DNA from: Candidatus Latescibacterota bacterium
GTDB lineage: Bacteria > Latescibacterota > UBA2968 > UBA8231
Length of the DNA stretch: 64,000 nt
NCBI GenBank assembly: GCA_965197905.1
Contig: CBDAOB010000005.1
Location: 960,001-1,024,000, forward strand
Reading direction: 5' to 3'
Below the pieces are notes generated by a model. That model saw nothing but the letters and a program-made list of their open reading frames with translations. It ran no database searches and had not been told where the DNA came from. The stretch's first letter is position 1. Each line of letters opens with the position of its first letter. Positions 20,414-30,190 of this stretch are shown here, piece after piece. Both the position numbers and the translations under genes were made by a program.

Positions 20414-21447
20414 TGGCGCCGATCCAGCATCCAGGTGGTCAGCTCGCGAATGAACTCGAGATCTCGCGATTCGGGCAGGGAACCGAACATGCGTTGGAAT
20501 TCGTGTTGTGCAGCCCCCGCCATGCCGCGGGCTATCTGACGCGCGTATTCGATGCAACCATAATCTTCCATCCGTTGGCGGATCCAGCGGACGTCATCCT
20601 CCGTCCGATCTCCTTGATCGTCCCCAAGTATGGAATCGAGCCGGTCGATTTCCCTGGGGGTGGATAGTGAGAAGAGGCGAATCAGCATCAACGTTCGTTT
20701 GCCTTCGCGAATGTCTCCATCAATTTCCTTCCCGTAGGCTTCATCACCAACTAGATTCAGAATGTCGTCCTGTATCTGGAATGCAGCACCTAGGAAAAAT
20801 CCGAAGTGGATGAAACCGTCCAGATCAACCCGGTCCCTGGTTCCGATGAGGGCGCCAACACGGGTGGGGTATATAGACAACAGCCAGCACGTCTTTTTGA
20901 GGACCATCTCGAGGTACTGAGCATCATCCAACACGACCGTGTTGTCGCGGCGCCAGCCCAGTTCCATGGCTTGGCCTTCCGCTGATTCACGTGCCATGCG
21001 TTCGGTTTCTTCGAGGATGCGCATTGACAGGAACGGTCCCAACTGAGATCGGTTTTCTATCAACGGGCGGAGGCTCATCAGCGCTAACCCGTCGCCAACA
21101 TTGATTGCCATCGGAACGCCGGCAAGGCGATGAAGCGTAGGTTTCCCGCGGCGTTCCTCGCTACCGTCTTGGATGTCATCGTGGATTAGGAGCGCGTTAT
21201 GGAGCAACTCGATGGAAACGGCGGACCGCAGCGCGTCATTGAGGGTAGCGCCAAAGGCGCGAGCGGTTGCGATGCAGAGGGAGGGACGCAGCATCTTGCC
21301 GCCCCGCCCAGGGTAGTCAGCGAGCAGGTCGTAGAGGTGGCGCCGTGGTTCTTTGCGTGGCAGATATTCCGAAAGTGCTGTGCGTGTGGCCTCGCCGTAC
21401 TCCTCCAAGATCTCGGCGATCAGAGGTCGCGACGAGGTTGCAGTCAT
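20410..21447 (-). CDS. Polyprenyl diphosphate synthase (trans-isoprenyl diphosphate synthase)
   Basis: GGKMLRP, ELLHNALLIHDDIQDGSEERRGKPT (FARM), GQAMEL, KKT, FQIQDDILN (SARM variant), GKEIDGDIREGKRT. Confidence 0.95.
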   Translation of the reverse strand: MTATSSRPLIAEILEEYGEATRTALSEYLPRKEPRRHLYDLLADYPGRGGKMLRPSLCIATARAFGATLNDALRSAVSIELLHNALLIHDDIQDGSEERRGKPTLHRLAGVPMAINVGDGLALMSLRPLIENRSQLGPFLSMRILEETERMARESAEGQAMELGWRRDNTVVLDDAQYLEMVLKKTCWLLSIYPTRVGALIGTRDRVDLDGFIHFGFFLGAAFQIQDDILNLVGDEAYGKEIDGDIREGKRTLMLIRLFSLSTPREIDRLDSILGDDQGDRTEDDVRWIRQRMEDYGCIEYARQIARGMAGAAQHEFQRMFGSLPESRDLEFIRELTTWMLDRRQ

Positions 21448-22150
21448 GCGGAGGGCTCGGTCTCGGGCTCCTCGGAATCGGGGATTTCAACGTCAAGCGT
21501 CCCCGAAGCTGCCGATTGGCGCGATCGTAAATGAGCGCCGAGTAAAAACCGGCAGGTTGATCGTTGGGCACCTCGATGCGGACCGCTGCGGGGCGCCCAC
21601 GTTCAGGCGGGAAGCAGGTGACGTCAAGTGCTAACTTATCTGAATCTTTATCACACAAAGGTGGAACGAACAATTCTTCGGATCCGCTGGTGCCTTCTTC
21701 GAAATCCAACGAGAGGCGGACGTGAACCTCCGAGGCAACCTCGACGTTGAGCGGAACCGTTCCTGACGCGACATCTCCATTTTGGCCGTTGGCAGGCCAC
21801 CCGCTGTCGAATGGCTTTCCAGCCATCGCTCCACTCATAGCTTCGAACCAGCGGGTCGTCAGGTCGACGAAGGAGCGCGCCATACCATCTGCGGTCGAGC
21901 GCATGTTATCGGTGCCCGTGTTCGCGCCCGTCCCGAAAAAGGAACCGCCAAATTGCTCTGCCATTCGACGTCCTTCGCGGATTTGCGAATCGATAAGTTC
22001 GTACCCCAGGCGTACACTGTTCTCGATCGCCTGTTGCCAGTCATTGCCTGCGCCGGAACCGCCGTCCCAGGCGGGGCCATGGCCATCAGTCCAGTTGCGG
22101 CGCGGTGCAGAACGCTCCGGGTCTTCGCGATGTATTCGATCGTCTTCCAT
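21444..22150 (-). CDS. Hypothetical protein (frameshift in GGGG run near 21502)
   Basis: ORF 21317-22150; adding one G gives RGTLDVEIPDSEEPETEPSA*, with the stop overlapping ATG 21447. Confidence 0.65.
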
Positions 22151-22166
22151 CGGAGTCGCTTGTCCT

Positions 22167-22469
22167 CTAACTCTTATCCAGCGCAGACATCATTTCTTCC
22201 ACAAGCTCATCGTTGTTCGCGATCTCTTTCAGCTGCTTTAGTTGCTGCGACAGATCTTCCTTGAGGTTCGCCCGTCGAGTTCTCTTCTTCACCTCCCTCA
22301 ACAATAACGACAAAGCATCGGTCTCAATCGAGCCGCTCTCGTACGAGTTGGTTTGATCTACATCGCTACCACTATCCCGACTGGGCGAGGCCATCTCATA
22401 AGGCAGGCGCCACCAGCGGTCCATCATTTCAGCCCACACCATCCAGGGACTTCCGCTTCTCTGACCCAT
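22167..22469 (-). CDS. Hypothetical protein, first gene of the cluster
   Basis: 100-aa ORF, GAGG upstream, 16 bp from the next gene, helical C-terminus. Confidence 0.6.
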   Translation of the reverse strand: MGQRSGSPWMVWAEMMDRWWRLPYEMASPSRDSGSDVDQTNSYESGSIETDALSLLLREVKKRTRRANLKEDLSQQLKQLKEIANNDELVEEMMSALDKS

Positions 22470-22743
22470 GTTCTCGACCTCTCGGCTTAAGGTTGGTTAT
22501 GCGTTCGCCTCGCAGGGTACCGAAGCCGTGCTTAAGATAATGCGCGACTCCTCTGAACCCAAGACGTTTTAGTGTCTAATATGCAACATAGGAACCTGAC
22601 TGCTCGGTTGCAATCAGACACGCAAGAGAGGGCAGTTTCACGGCAAACAGGTGGCGGATGCGCGATCGGACATGCGCTACGGTGTCTTCGGCGACATGAA
22701 GCCCCGGGGCATGTCCCTGAGGGGGAGGGGCGATCGACAGCTG

Positions 22744-23260
22744 CTACTTAAGGAACAGCATCTTGCTGAATTCGTCCTCGTTTCCGACGCGCAGGCGGGT
22801 AAAATAGGCGCCGCTAGAAACGCGCCTACCCTGGTCATCGGCCCCGTCCCAGACCACCCGGTAGCTTCCATCTCTCTGATGATTCAGCTCAAACGAACGT
22901 ATGAGCTGGCCGGTAACATCGTAGATCTCGAGGGTCACCTGTCCCGGCTCCAAGAGCACGAACGGAATGGTTGTGCTGGTGTTGAAGGGATTCGGGTAGT
23001 TCGGCTGCAGGTGTGCGGTCAAGGGAAGACCGATCATATCCCGCGCCATGGCGAGGATCTTGGCTTGCGCTTCGAGGCCAAACTGGTTGCCGAGAACAAA
23101 GAAGTCGCTAAAGTCGACTTCGCCGTTGCCGCTCAGGTCGTACCTCGCATCCCAGCCGGCGTCGGCACGGGTAAGATCGAAGTGATCGGCGAAGAGGAAG
23201 AAGTCCAGGGCGTCCACCACGAAATCGGCATTGCCTGCCCGATACTCGATCGGTACAAGC
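22744..23260 (-). pseudogene. C-terminal fragment: dockerin/EF-hand-like repeats + FlgD-Ig/T9SS-like sorting domain
   Basis: DFFLFADHF, YDLSGNGEVDFSDFF, LQPNYPNPFN..T.I, LEIYDVTGQLIR, WDGADDQGRRVSSGAYF; in-frame TAG shortly upstream and no signal peptide. Confidence 0.7.
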
Positions 23261-23595
23261 TAGGCGCTGATTGTTGTATTTCAGGGCCGGCGATCGTGGA
23301 GGAGATAGACTCCACGACGCTGCTAAAGCCGGCGTACACCGCACATATCGATCGGTTCGGAAATCTCCTTATCGAATTGTAGAATTACCCCACATCGCAA
23401 CTCGTTTCATCTCCAGGCACCCGCCAGATTACCTTAAGTGCAGATTCACCACGTATGCCCCCATCGCTCATCGACAGAGGACCAACAATCTCCTACGGAA
23501 AATAGGACTTGACAATCAGCAAGGGTAATTCACATAATATGCACTTAAGGGCCATTAGTGCAATATATACCCATTTATGCAGGGAGAAATCAGAT

Positions 23596-24870
23596 ATGGA
23601 TGATTGGCGAGATCTACTCGATGGAATGCTTGGGGATCTGACGAATTGGCCACCAGATGATGAAGATATAACTACCGCCGTACACGCATTAATAGAACGT
23701 CTAGTCGGAGGCGATTATAGCGAATTGGCTATCGGTGTTTTTGAGGCACTGAGGGACGGAGATATTTCGAAGTCCGAAATTATCCAATTGGCTATAGCAG
23801 TTATTGATACCCTTCCCGATAACGAATTGACCAACGGCTTACGCGATGCATTAGAAGATGGCGAGCTTGAACTCATTGAAGTGGGACAAGTCGCCGCAGC
23901 TTGGATAGCAAGCAATAGCCCCAATGCCGCTGTTCGAGAAGCGATCAAAGAACTGATCGTAAGCATCAAAAACGACAGCCTATCGACAGATGCGATCAAG
24001 ACGGCACTTATAGAGTTCGTCAGGAGAAGCAATGCGGATATAGGAGCCGCGCTAGAACAAGCCCTAAACACCCAGTTGCCACTCAGGTCTACCCTGCTGA
24101 CCCTCGTACCTCTGCTGATCAAGCAAGGCTGGATTGACAACATCGGATCGACGACGGAAGAAAAGGCGGCTAACCTATTAGCCGTTTTCAATAATGAAGC
24201 CAATAATATTCCCGAATCCTGGAATGACCTCGTAACGCGACTTACCAATTTTGACAGTGACAATATCCACGAGCTGCTTAAAACAGTCCTAGGATTATTG
24301 GGTTCTGACTCCGAGGCTATAATTGGAGCCGTTCTACAAGGGAATATTGGCAAAATAATAACCGATAGACTGACAACGGAATTAACTCAGAGAATATCCG
24401 ATCTCATTGATGGAATTGACGAACAAGACTCCCAAGCCCTGGCGACTACGATCATTTCAATAATCAAGGGGGAAAAAGAGCTAGTCCCCACGCAGTCCGA
24501 ACAAGACGAGCTCAATATGAACGATAAGGGTTATGATATGTTTAAACGGACGCGCAAGGTGGTATACGCAACTATTTTGGCAGTTGAGGGAGGGGCCATA
24601 GTTCCGACCGTAGCAATGGCGAAACCACATGTTTTTGCCGCTGCCGCCATACGTTCCGATACAACACTTAATGAGCTTGTAGAAGAAGACGAACGAGCGA
24701 AATTTCTCGAACTATTACCGAGATTTGCGAAGAAAGAATTTCAAGACCATCCCAATATCGTCAATCTGACGCGTAACGAACTCTTAAGTTTGCGCGAATT
24801 GAGCGAACTCAGTCTTGAGCTTTTTGATCTATTTTTACGTGTGAATTTTCGCTTATCTCGGGGGGCATAA
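23596..24870 (+). CDS. Hypothetical acidic, alpha-helical protein (AT-richer island)
   Basis: Long ORF 23509-24870; ATG 23596 after GGGAG; repeated AL.DG.(I/L)...E(I/V).Q.A pattern. Confidence 0.75.
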   Translation: MDDWRDLLDGMLGDLTNWPPDDEDITTAVHALIERLVGGDYSELAIGVFEALRDGDISKSEIIQLAIAVIDTLPDNELTNGLRDALEDGELELIEVGQVAAAWIASNSPNAAVREAIKELIVSIKNDSLSTDAIKTALIEFVRRSNADIGAALEQALNTQLPLRSTLLTLVPLLIKQGWIDNIGSTTEEKAANLLAVFNNEANNIPESWNDLVTRLTNFDSDNIHELLKTVLGLLGSDSEAIIGAVLQGNIGKIITDRLTTELTQRISDLIDGIDEQDSQALATTIISIIKGEKELVPTQSEQDELNMNDKGYDMFKRTRKVVYATILAVEGGAIVPTVAMAKPHVFAAAAIRSDTTLNELVEEDERAKFLELLPRFAKKEFQDHPNIVNLTRNELLSLRELSELSLELFDLFLRVNFRLSRGA

Positions 24871-25384
24871 CAATGTTATCTCTTAAAATTGGCATTTCAA
24901 TTCTGTTTTTTCTACTAGCTCATGCTCAAGCCCAAAAAACAATTGAATTCCGGCAAATTGCCGCAGTTGATCAATCTGAATTGAGTTTTGTCTCAATTTT
25001 CATTCAAAAGAGTACCGGATTCCCGAATTTCTCAGATGAGATTGAGGAAAAACAGGCAATTCGCATAATTAACAGATGAGAGTTTGTACTTTTTTCATAC
25101 TGATTGGACTGGGCCCAATACTGATACTGCCAAACGGGAACCAGGTTGCCAAGCTAAACGGGTAGATTCAAGATACGACGAGGAAATAGGTGCGTACTAC
25201 TTCTCGATTTACCCCGATCCTGCTGCTTGTCCAGTTAGAAATACCGGAACCCTTATCATCGAACAACCCCCTGATGGAGCTATAATCAAAAGGTGTGGAA
25301 ATACACAGAAGGCGATCCTACCCTTCCTTTGTAATTAGACATTACACGCGCCGGGGCTGTCCCGGCAGGAAGAGGAGAATCGCC

Positions 25385-28300
25385 ATGCCACAACCTAAGC
25401 TGAGCACCGCGGAAATGTCCATGCCCACGTTCGAAACGTTGGAAGCGTGGACGCGGTCGCAGATTCAGTCTTTGATGCAGTCGGTTTTGGATGAAGAAGT
25501 GACGCAGGTGCTGGGGCGGTCGCGCTACCAGCGTCAGGCCCCGTTGGACGCACCCGGCGGCTATCGAAATGGCTACGGGAAGCGGCGGCGACTGTCCTGT
25601 ACCTCGGGCACGATCGAGGTAAAACGTCCACGCGTGCGAGGTCTGGAAGAGCGCTTCGAGAGCGCCATTCTGCCGCTGTTTGCGCGGCGTACGAAGGAGG
25701 TGGGTCAGCTGTTGCCGGAACTGTATCTGCACGGTCTGTCCCAAGGCGACTTCGAGCTGGCGCTGCGCGGCCTGCTGGGAGCGGGAGCGCCGCTGTCGCC
25801 GTCCTCAATCGCGCGTTTGCGGGATAAGTGGATCGTCGAATACCACGCCTGGCGCAGCCGACGGCTGGATGACCGCGAGCTGGTGTACGCCTGGGCCGAC
25901 GGGATCGTGCGCCACGAGGCGCCAGAGAACCGGGTGGGATGCAAGGACCCACCAACGGGCTGTCGCAGCAGCCCGTTGAAGCTGGAGGCAGCCTGACCCT
26001 GGGAGCGCAGGGGAAGGTGGAAGCAGCCTCGACAACGACAGAGTGGAGTGGCACCTCCAGACACTCCACGTCTGGCAAGCAAGACGGAATGGTGTAACCC
26101 GAAGTGAACCAGTGATGGAACCCCCTTTAGCGGCCCGCCAACCCAAACCTGGTGGATAAGGGTTGGTACGCAACGCACGTGGTCGGATATATGACCGACT
26201 GCGACTCTGGGGAGGTGTGATACCCACCGAAGCAGAGGCCTTGGAGAATGCCTGCGGCGTACCCAAGGCGAAGTTGCAGGGGAAAAGCTGGGCACCTCCC
26301 CCGTCAAACGGTTCATGGTGAACGTGGGAACCGAGCCGAGTCCGACCGTTATCGGGGCAGCGCGCTGTCCGCTGTGGGGCTTGGCAAGGGACGGAGCCTC
26401 TGTAGTAGTCCGCGAGCGGGAAAGCCGCTTACATGGCGAAGGGAGGCAGCAAGTTGCGCAGTGGGGTACTGGAAAAACAGGAGGACGCCGGTGAATGCCA
26501 GCGCTTCGTGGCCCGAGGCAGAACAAGCCCGTAATCGAGTACTGGAAATCCAGACCAAACTGCACCGTTGGGCTGTAGAGGATCGAAGCAAGTGCTTCGA
26601 CGACCTGTTCAACCTGGTGTGTGACCCGGCGTTTTTGAGTGTAGCCTGGCGTCGGGTGCGCAGCAACAAGGGTGCTCGTTCGGCCGGAGTGGACGGACAA
26701 ACGGCCTACTCTGTGGAGACGGAACGCGGCGAGGAGGCCTTTCTCGCCGAGGTGCGGGTTGATCTGAAGACCCGCAGTTTCCGGCCTCTGCCCGTACGCG
26801 AGCGGTTGATTCCGAAACCTGGCACAACGAAGAAGCGCCGGCTCGGCATCCCAACCGCTCGGGACCGAGTGGTCCAAGCCGCACTCAAGCTGGTGCTCGA
26901 ACCGATCTTCGAAGCGGACTTCAAGCCGTGCTCCTACGGCTTCCGCCCGAATCGGCGGGCTCAGGACGCCATCGCCGAGATTCATCAATTCTGCTCCCGC
27001 TCTTATGAGTGGGTGGTGGAGGGCGATATCCGTGCTTGTTTCGATGAGATTGATCACGCAGCCCTCTTGGACCGCGTGCGTCGACGTATCGGTGATAAGC
27101 ATGTTCTGAGGCTTGTAAAAGCGTTCTGCAAGGCCGGTGTCCTCACGGAACAATCGGTGTTGCAAGAAAGCACTTCGGGCACTCCGCAAGGCGGTATTCT
27201 CTCACCGCTGGTGGCAAATATCGCCTTATCCGTCCTCGACGATTATTTCACTGAGGTCTGGAGAAAGGTGGGCGCTACCTCCAGTGCGCGACAAGCGCAT
27301 CGGCGAAAGGGGCTACCGACTTGTCGGCTTGTCCGTTACGCTGACGATTTCGTGCTGCTGGTGGCGGGCACCGAAGCTGCAGCGTATGACCTGCGCGACC
27401 AAGCGGGGGTGACTCTCACCCCCATGGGTCTGCACCTGTCGGAGACGAAGACCGCCATCACGCACATCAGCCGTGGCTTCGATTTCCTGGGTTTTCGCAT
27501 TCAGAAGCGACGGAAACCGGGCCCGGTTGGCGCACGCATCTATACGTGGCCAAGAAAGGAATCTCTGGCCCGGTTGAAGAGCACGGTGCGCGCAGTCACG
27601 AGAACGGGTCGGCAGAGGCCGTTGAAGAGCCTTCTGCGCCAACTCAATCCGGTGTTGCGGGGGTGGGCCAACTACTTTCAGTACGGGGTGTCGAAGGCCA
27701 CTTTCAACTACGTGCGGGGCTTCACTTGGCGCCGCGTAGTGCATTGGCTGCGCCGCAAGCACCCGCGCTTTAATTGGAGGAAGCTGAAACGCCGCTACCT
27801 GCCAGGATGGTGGCCCACCGAGGACGGGATTGCTCTTTACAACGTCGGCGAAGTAGCAGTGACTCGTTACCGCTATCGATCGGCGCGGATCCCTTCTCCC
27901 TGGCCTGCGACAACCGGATGAGACTCTGCGGTCACACGGCACCTTGTGGAGAGCCGGATGCGTGGTAACGCGCACGTCCGGTTCGGAGGGCGGGCCGGAG
28001 AAACCCACATCACGCGTGTGGCGCAGGGCGCTCCGGTCCGACCCTACTACGTCAAAGCCGGGCTCGAGAAAGAAAAGGCCGCTCTCCTGGTGGTCATCGG
28101 CGCCATGAGCGATGGGCGCAAGGAAGTCTTGACGATTGTCCCAGGCTATCGCGAATCGAAGGAGTCGTGGACGAGCGTGCTGCGCGATTTGCGTGACCGC
28201 GGACTGAGCGCGGCGAAGTTGTTGGTGGCGGATGGGCACCTGGGTATTTGGGCCGCCCTGGCGCAGGTCTGGCCGGAGACGGCGGAACAGCGGTGCTGGA

Positions 28301-28764
28301 ATCACCGCCTCCTGAACGTGTTGGATAAGCTGCCTAAACGCGTGCAGGCCGAAGCGCGGCAACTGCTGACACAGATCCCCTACGCGCCGACCCGTCAAGA
28401 CGCGACCAAACGCCGCGATCAATTCGCCAAACGATTCCACCGCGAATGCCCAGACGCCGTAGATATCCTCGAGCGCGATTGGGACCGTATGGTGGCATTC
28501 TACGACTTTCCCGAGGCCCACTGGCAACACCTGCGCACTACCAACGTCGTTGAAAGTCCCTTCGCTTCGGTACGGCTGCGAACCAATGCGGCCAAGCGCT
28601 ACAAGAAGGTGGCCAATGCCACCGCCCTCATATGGCGGGTACTGATGGTGGCCGAGAAACGATTTCGCCGACTCCGTGCACCGCATCTTATGGCTGACGT
28701 GTACGCCAATGTGCGCTACGAAAATGGATCACACATCGCGCAAAGGAAGAAGATTGCCGCCTGA
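25385..28764 (+). CDS. IS256-family transposase (exons 25385-25906 + 28048-28764; 412 aa when spliced)
   Basis: GYRNGY, PRVR, LYLHGLSQGDF, WADGI|YVKAGLEKEKAALLVVIG, VADGHLG, QRCWNH, LRTTNVVES. Confidence 0.93.
25907..28047 (+). ncRNA. Group II intron ribozyme
   Basis: 5' GTGCG; domain V GAGCCGGATGCGTGGTAACGCGCACGTCCGGTTC (27951-27984) with AGC triad; domain VI with bulged A, ending ACCCTAC; removal restores the transposase frame. Confidence 0.95.
26491..27921 (+). CDS. ltrA: Group II intron reverse transcriptase/maturase (no En domain)
   Basis: AGGAGG RBS and GTG start; AGVDG, IPKPG..RRLGIPTARDRVVQ, SYGFRP, GTPQGGILSP, RYADDF, FDFLGF, maturase X (LNPVLRGWANYF). Confidence 0.95.
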   Translation: MNASASWPEAEQARNRVLEIQTKLHRWAVEDRSKCFDDLFNLVCDPAFLSVAWRRVRSNKGARSAGVDGQTAYSVETERGEEAFLAEVRVDLKTRSFRPLPVRERLIPKPGTTKKRRLGIPTARDRVVQAALKLVLEPIFEADFKPCSYGFRPNRRAQDAIAEIHQFCSRSYEWVVEGDIRACFDEIDHAALLDRVRRRIGDKHVLRLVKAFCKAGVLTEQSVLQESTSGTPQGGILSPLVANIALSVLDDYFTEVWRKVGATSSARQAHRRKGLPTCRLVRYADDFVLLVAGTEAAAYDLRDQAGVTLTPMGLHLSETKTAITHISRGFDFLGFRIQKRRKPGPVGARIYTWPRKESLARLKSTVRAVTRTGRQRPLKSLLRQLNPVLRGWANYFQYGVSKATFNYVRGFTWRRVVHWLRRKHPRFNWRKLKRRYLPGWWPTEDGIALYNVGEVAVTRYRYRSARIPSPWPATTG

Positions 28765-29787
28765 GTCGTTTACACACCATTTGACCCAAGCTCCCCTGAT
28801 GTAGACTGGGCTATCAAAGTTCACAATCAGAATAATACAACTATAAGCTGGCAGATAAGCAAAGACTGGAAAGTTCCAGCCTTCAAAGGAGATTGAATAT
28901 AGGTTCGGGGCAAGGTGGCCCATCTTTTGAATTCAATGCCTCAGGTGCTTTAACCAATATTCCATGGATCACAAAAGAATGGTTCCCAACACTCTCGATT
29001 TCCGTTAAAACTCCTTTAGGTGTCCCCCCAGATGTTCAAAAGATCCTCAATCAATCATTGTTACGAAATTCCCAAGCACCATCTGAGCCGGATGCTTCAG
29101 AAGAGAACGTCAAAGCAACCGCCAAGCCTGATGCCTCAGAAGAGAATACCGATGCAATTCACATAAATTTTGATATTAATACCTTCGGACTACTCGATCA
29201 CATAGGATTGCGCCTGAGAGCAACTGGTGAATTCAACGGAGTAGAAACTTCAGGATATATCCAGCCCCCATCCATCAACGGGTCGTGGTACTTTTTAGGC
29301 GCCGAATTAGAAGCTGGATACCGCAAAGGGGATGCCGAATTTAAAGATGTACGAACCAAAGCGCCGGACAGAGGCAACATCCTGGGACGACTCGGTGGCG
29401 TCTTAGAACTTGCCCCCCCCTTGTTATTTATCAATCGCCAGCATTCTAGGGGTTTGCGCTTTTTTATTCGAGGTCGAGGGTGGGCAGATCATTTCGACGA
29501 TTCTAAGGATCCAGATGAAAGTGACTTTTCCAGTTTCAGGCTAAGTGGATTTGCCGACAGTGAACTCTTCTACAATTTCAGTGCAGATAAACGCGTTTTT
29601 GTTCGAGGCGAGTATGGTTCCTTGCCTCCAGATCTGACTCTAGTAGTGAATCGAGTATATGTGGGCGTAGGCAGTGCTTTTTAAGCTTTGACTCATATGT
29701 GGATAACATGTCGCTCGGTTAAATCCGCTGCCAGAGTCCAGATCTAGGGGCAAGGTCAAGCCGCAAGCGGCGGAATTGCTAACGTAG

Positions 29788-29960
29788 TGATGTTGCCCCG
29801 GTTTAGTGGACACACGTTAAGCTGCATGTTGACGCTCGAATTCAACGGGGCTGAGATAACCCAATGTTGAGTGTCGACGTTGTCGGTTGTACTCGGTTTC
29901 GATGTACTCGAAGATGGCGCGCCGGGCTTGGTCTCTTTCGATAGACGCAGCATATCCAAC
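29788..29960 (-). mobile_element. IS3-family remnant (transposase C-terminus + terminal IR)
   Basis: [31 protein letters not shown]; terminal TGATGTTGCCCCGGTTTAGTGGACAC. Confidence 0.75.
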
Positions 29961-30190
29961 GAGGCCCAACGAGGCGAAGCACGGTCCCTGATCCAGCGGT
30001 TTTCCCACCGTGAAGATGCTAAATGCGTATGGTGTACACCATCTGGCTGCGGGACAGCGCTTTCTGAAAGACCAGACTGAGCACATCGCAAGCCGCCAAA
30101 CGGTCGGGGTACTCCTTGAGCAGTTTGGAGCGCCGGGTTCAGGCTAGGTGAATGGTTGTCCTCCCGGTTGACGATCGGGTTTTGCAGCCC

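Larger units (their letters stand above)
25277..28793 (+). mobile_element. IS256-family insertion sequence carrying a group II intron
   Basis: Imperfect terminal IRs GAGCTATAATCAAAAGGTGTGGAAA / revcomp GAGCTTGGGTCAAATGGTGTGTAAA; 8-bp TSD CCCTGATG at 25269-25276 and 28794-28801. Confidence 0.93.
24873..29684 (+). pseudogene. Secreted / putative outer-membrane protein gene interrupted by IS256
   Basis: Signal peptide (...LLAHAQA); removing the IS and one TSD gives the continuous frame EQPPD|VDWAIKVH; extra frameshifts near 25075 and 28892; C-terminal VYVGVGSAF beta-signal-like end. Confidence 0.7.

Noticed and set aside
12795..21447. Standard carotenoid or hopanoid operon
   Set aside because: No phytoene/squalene synthase, lycopene cyclase or squalene-hopene cyclase is visible in the window.
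26491..27921. RT as a retron, DGR, CRISPR-associated or defence RT
   Set aside because: It has a maturase X domain and lies within clear group II intron boundaries with domains V and VI; no template/variable repeat pair or cas genes.
25705..28686. Long minus-strand ORFs 25705-27189 and 27313-28686
   Set aside because: Antisense shadows of the RT and transposase in GC-rich sequence.
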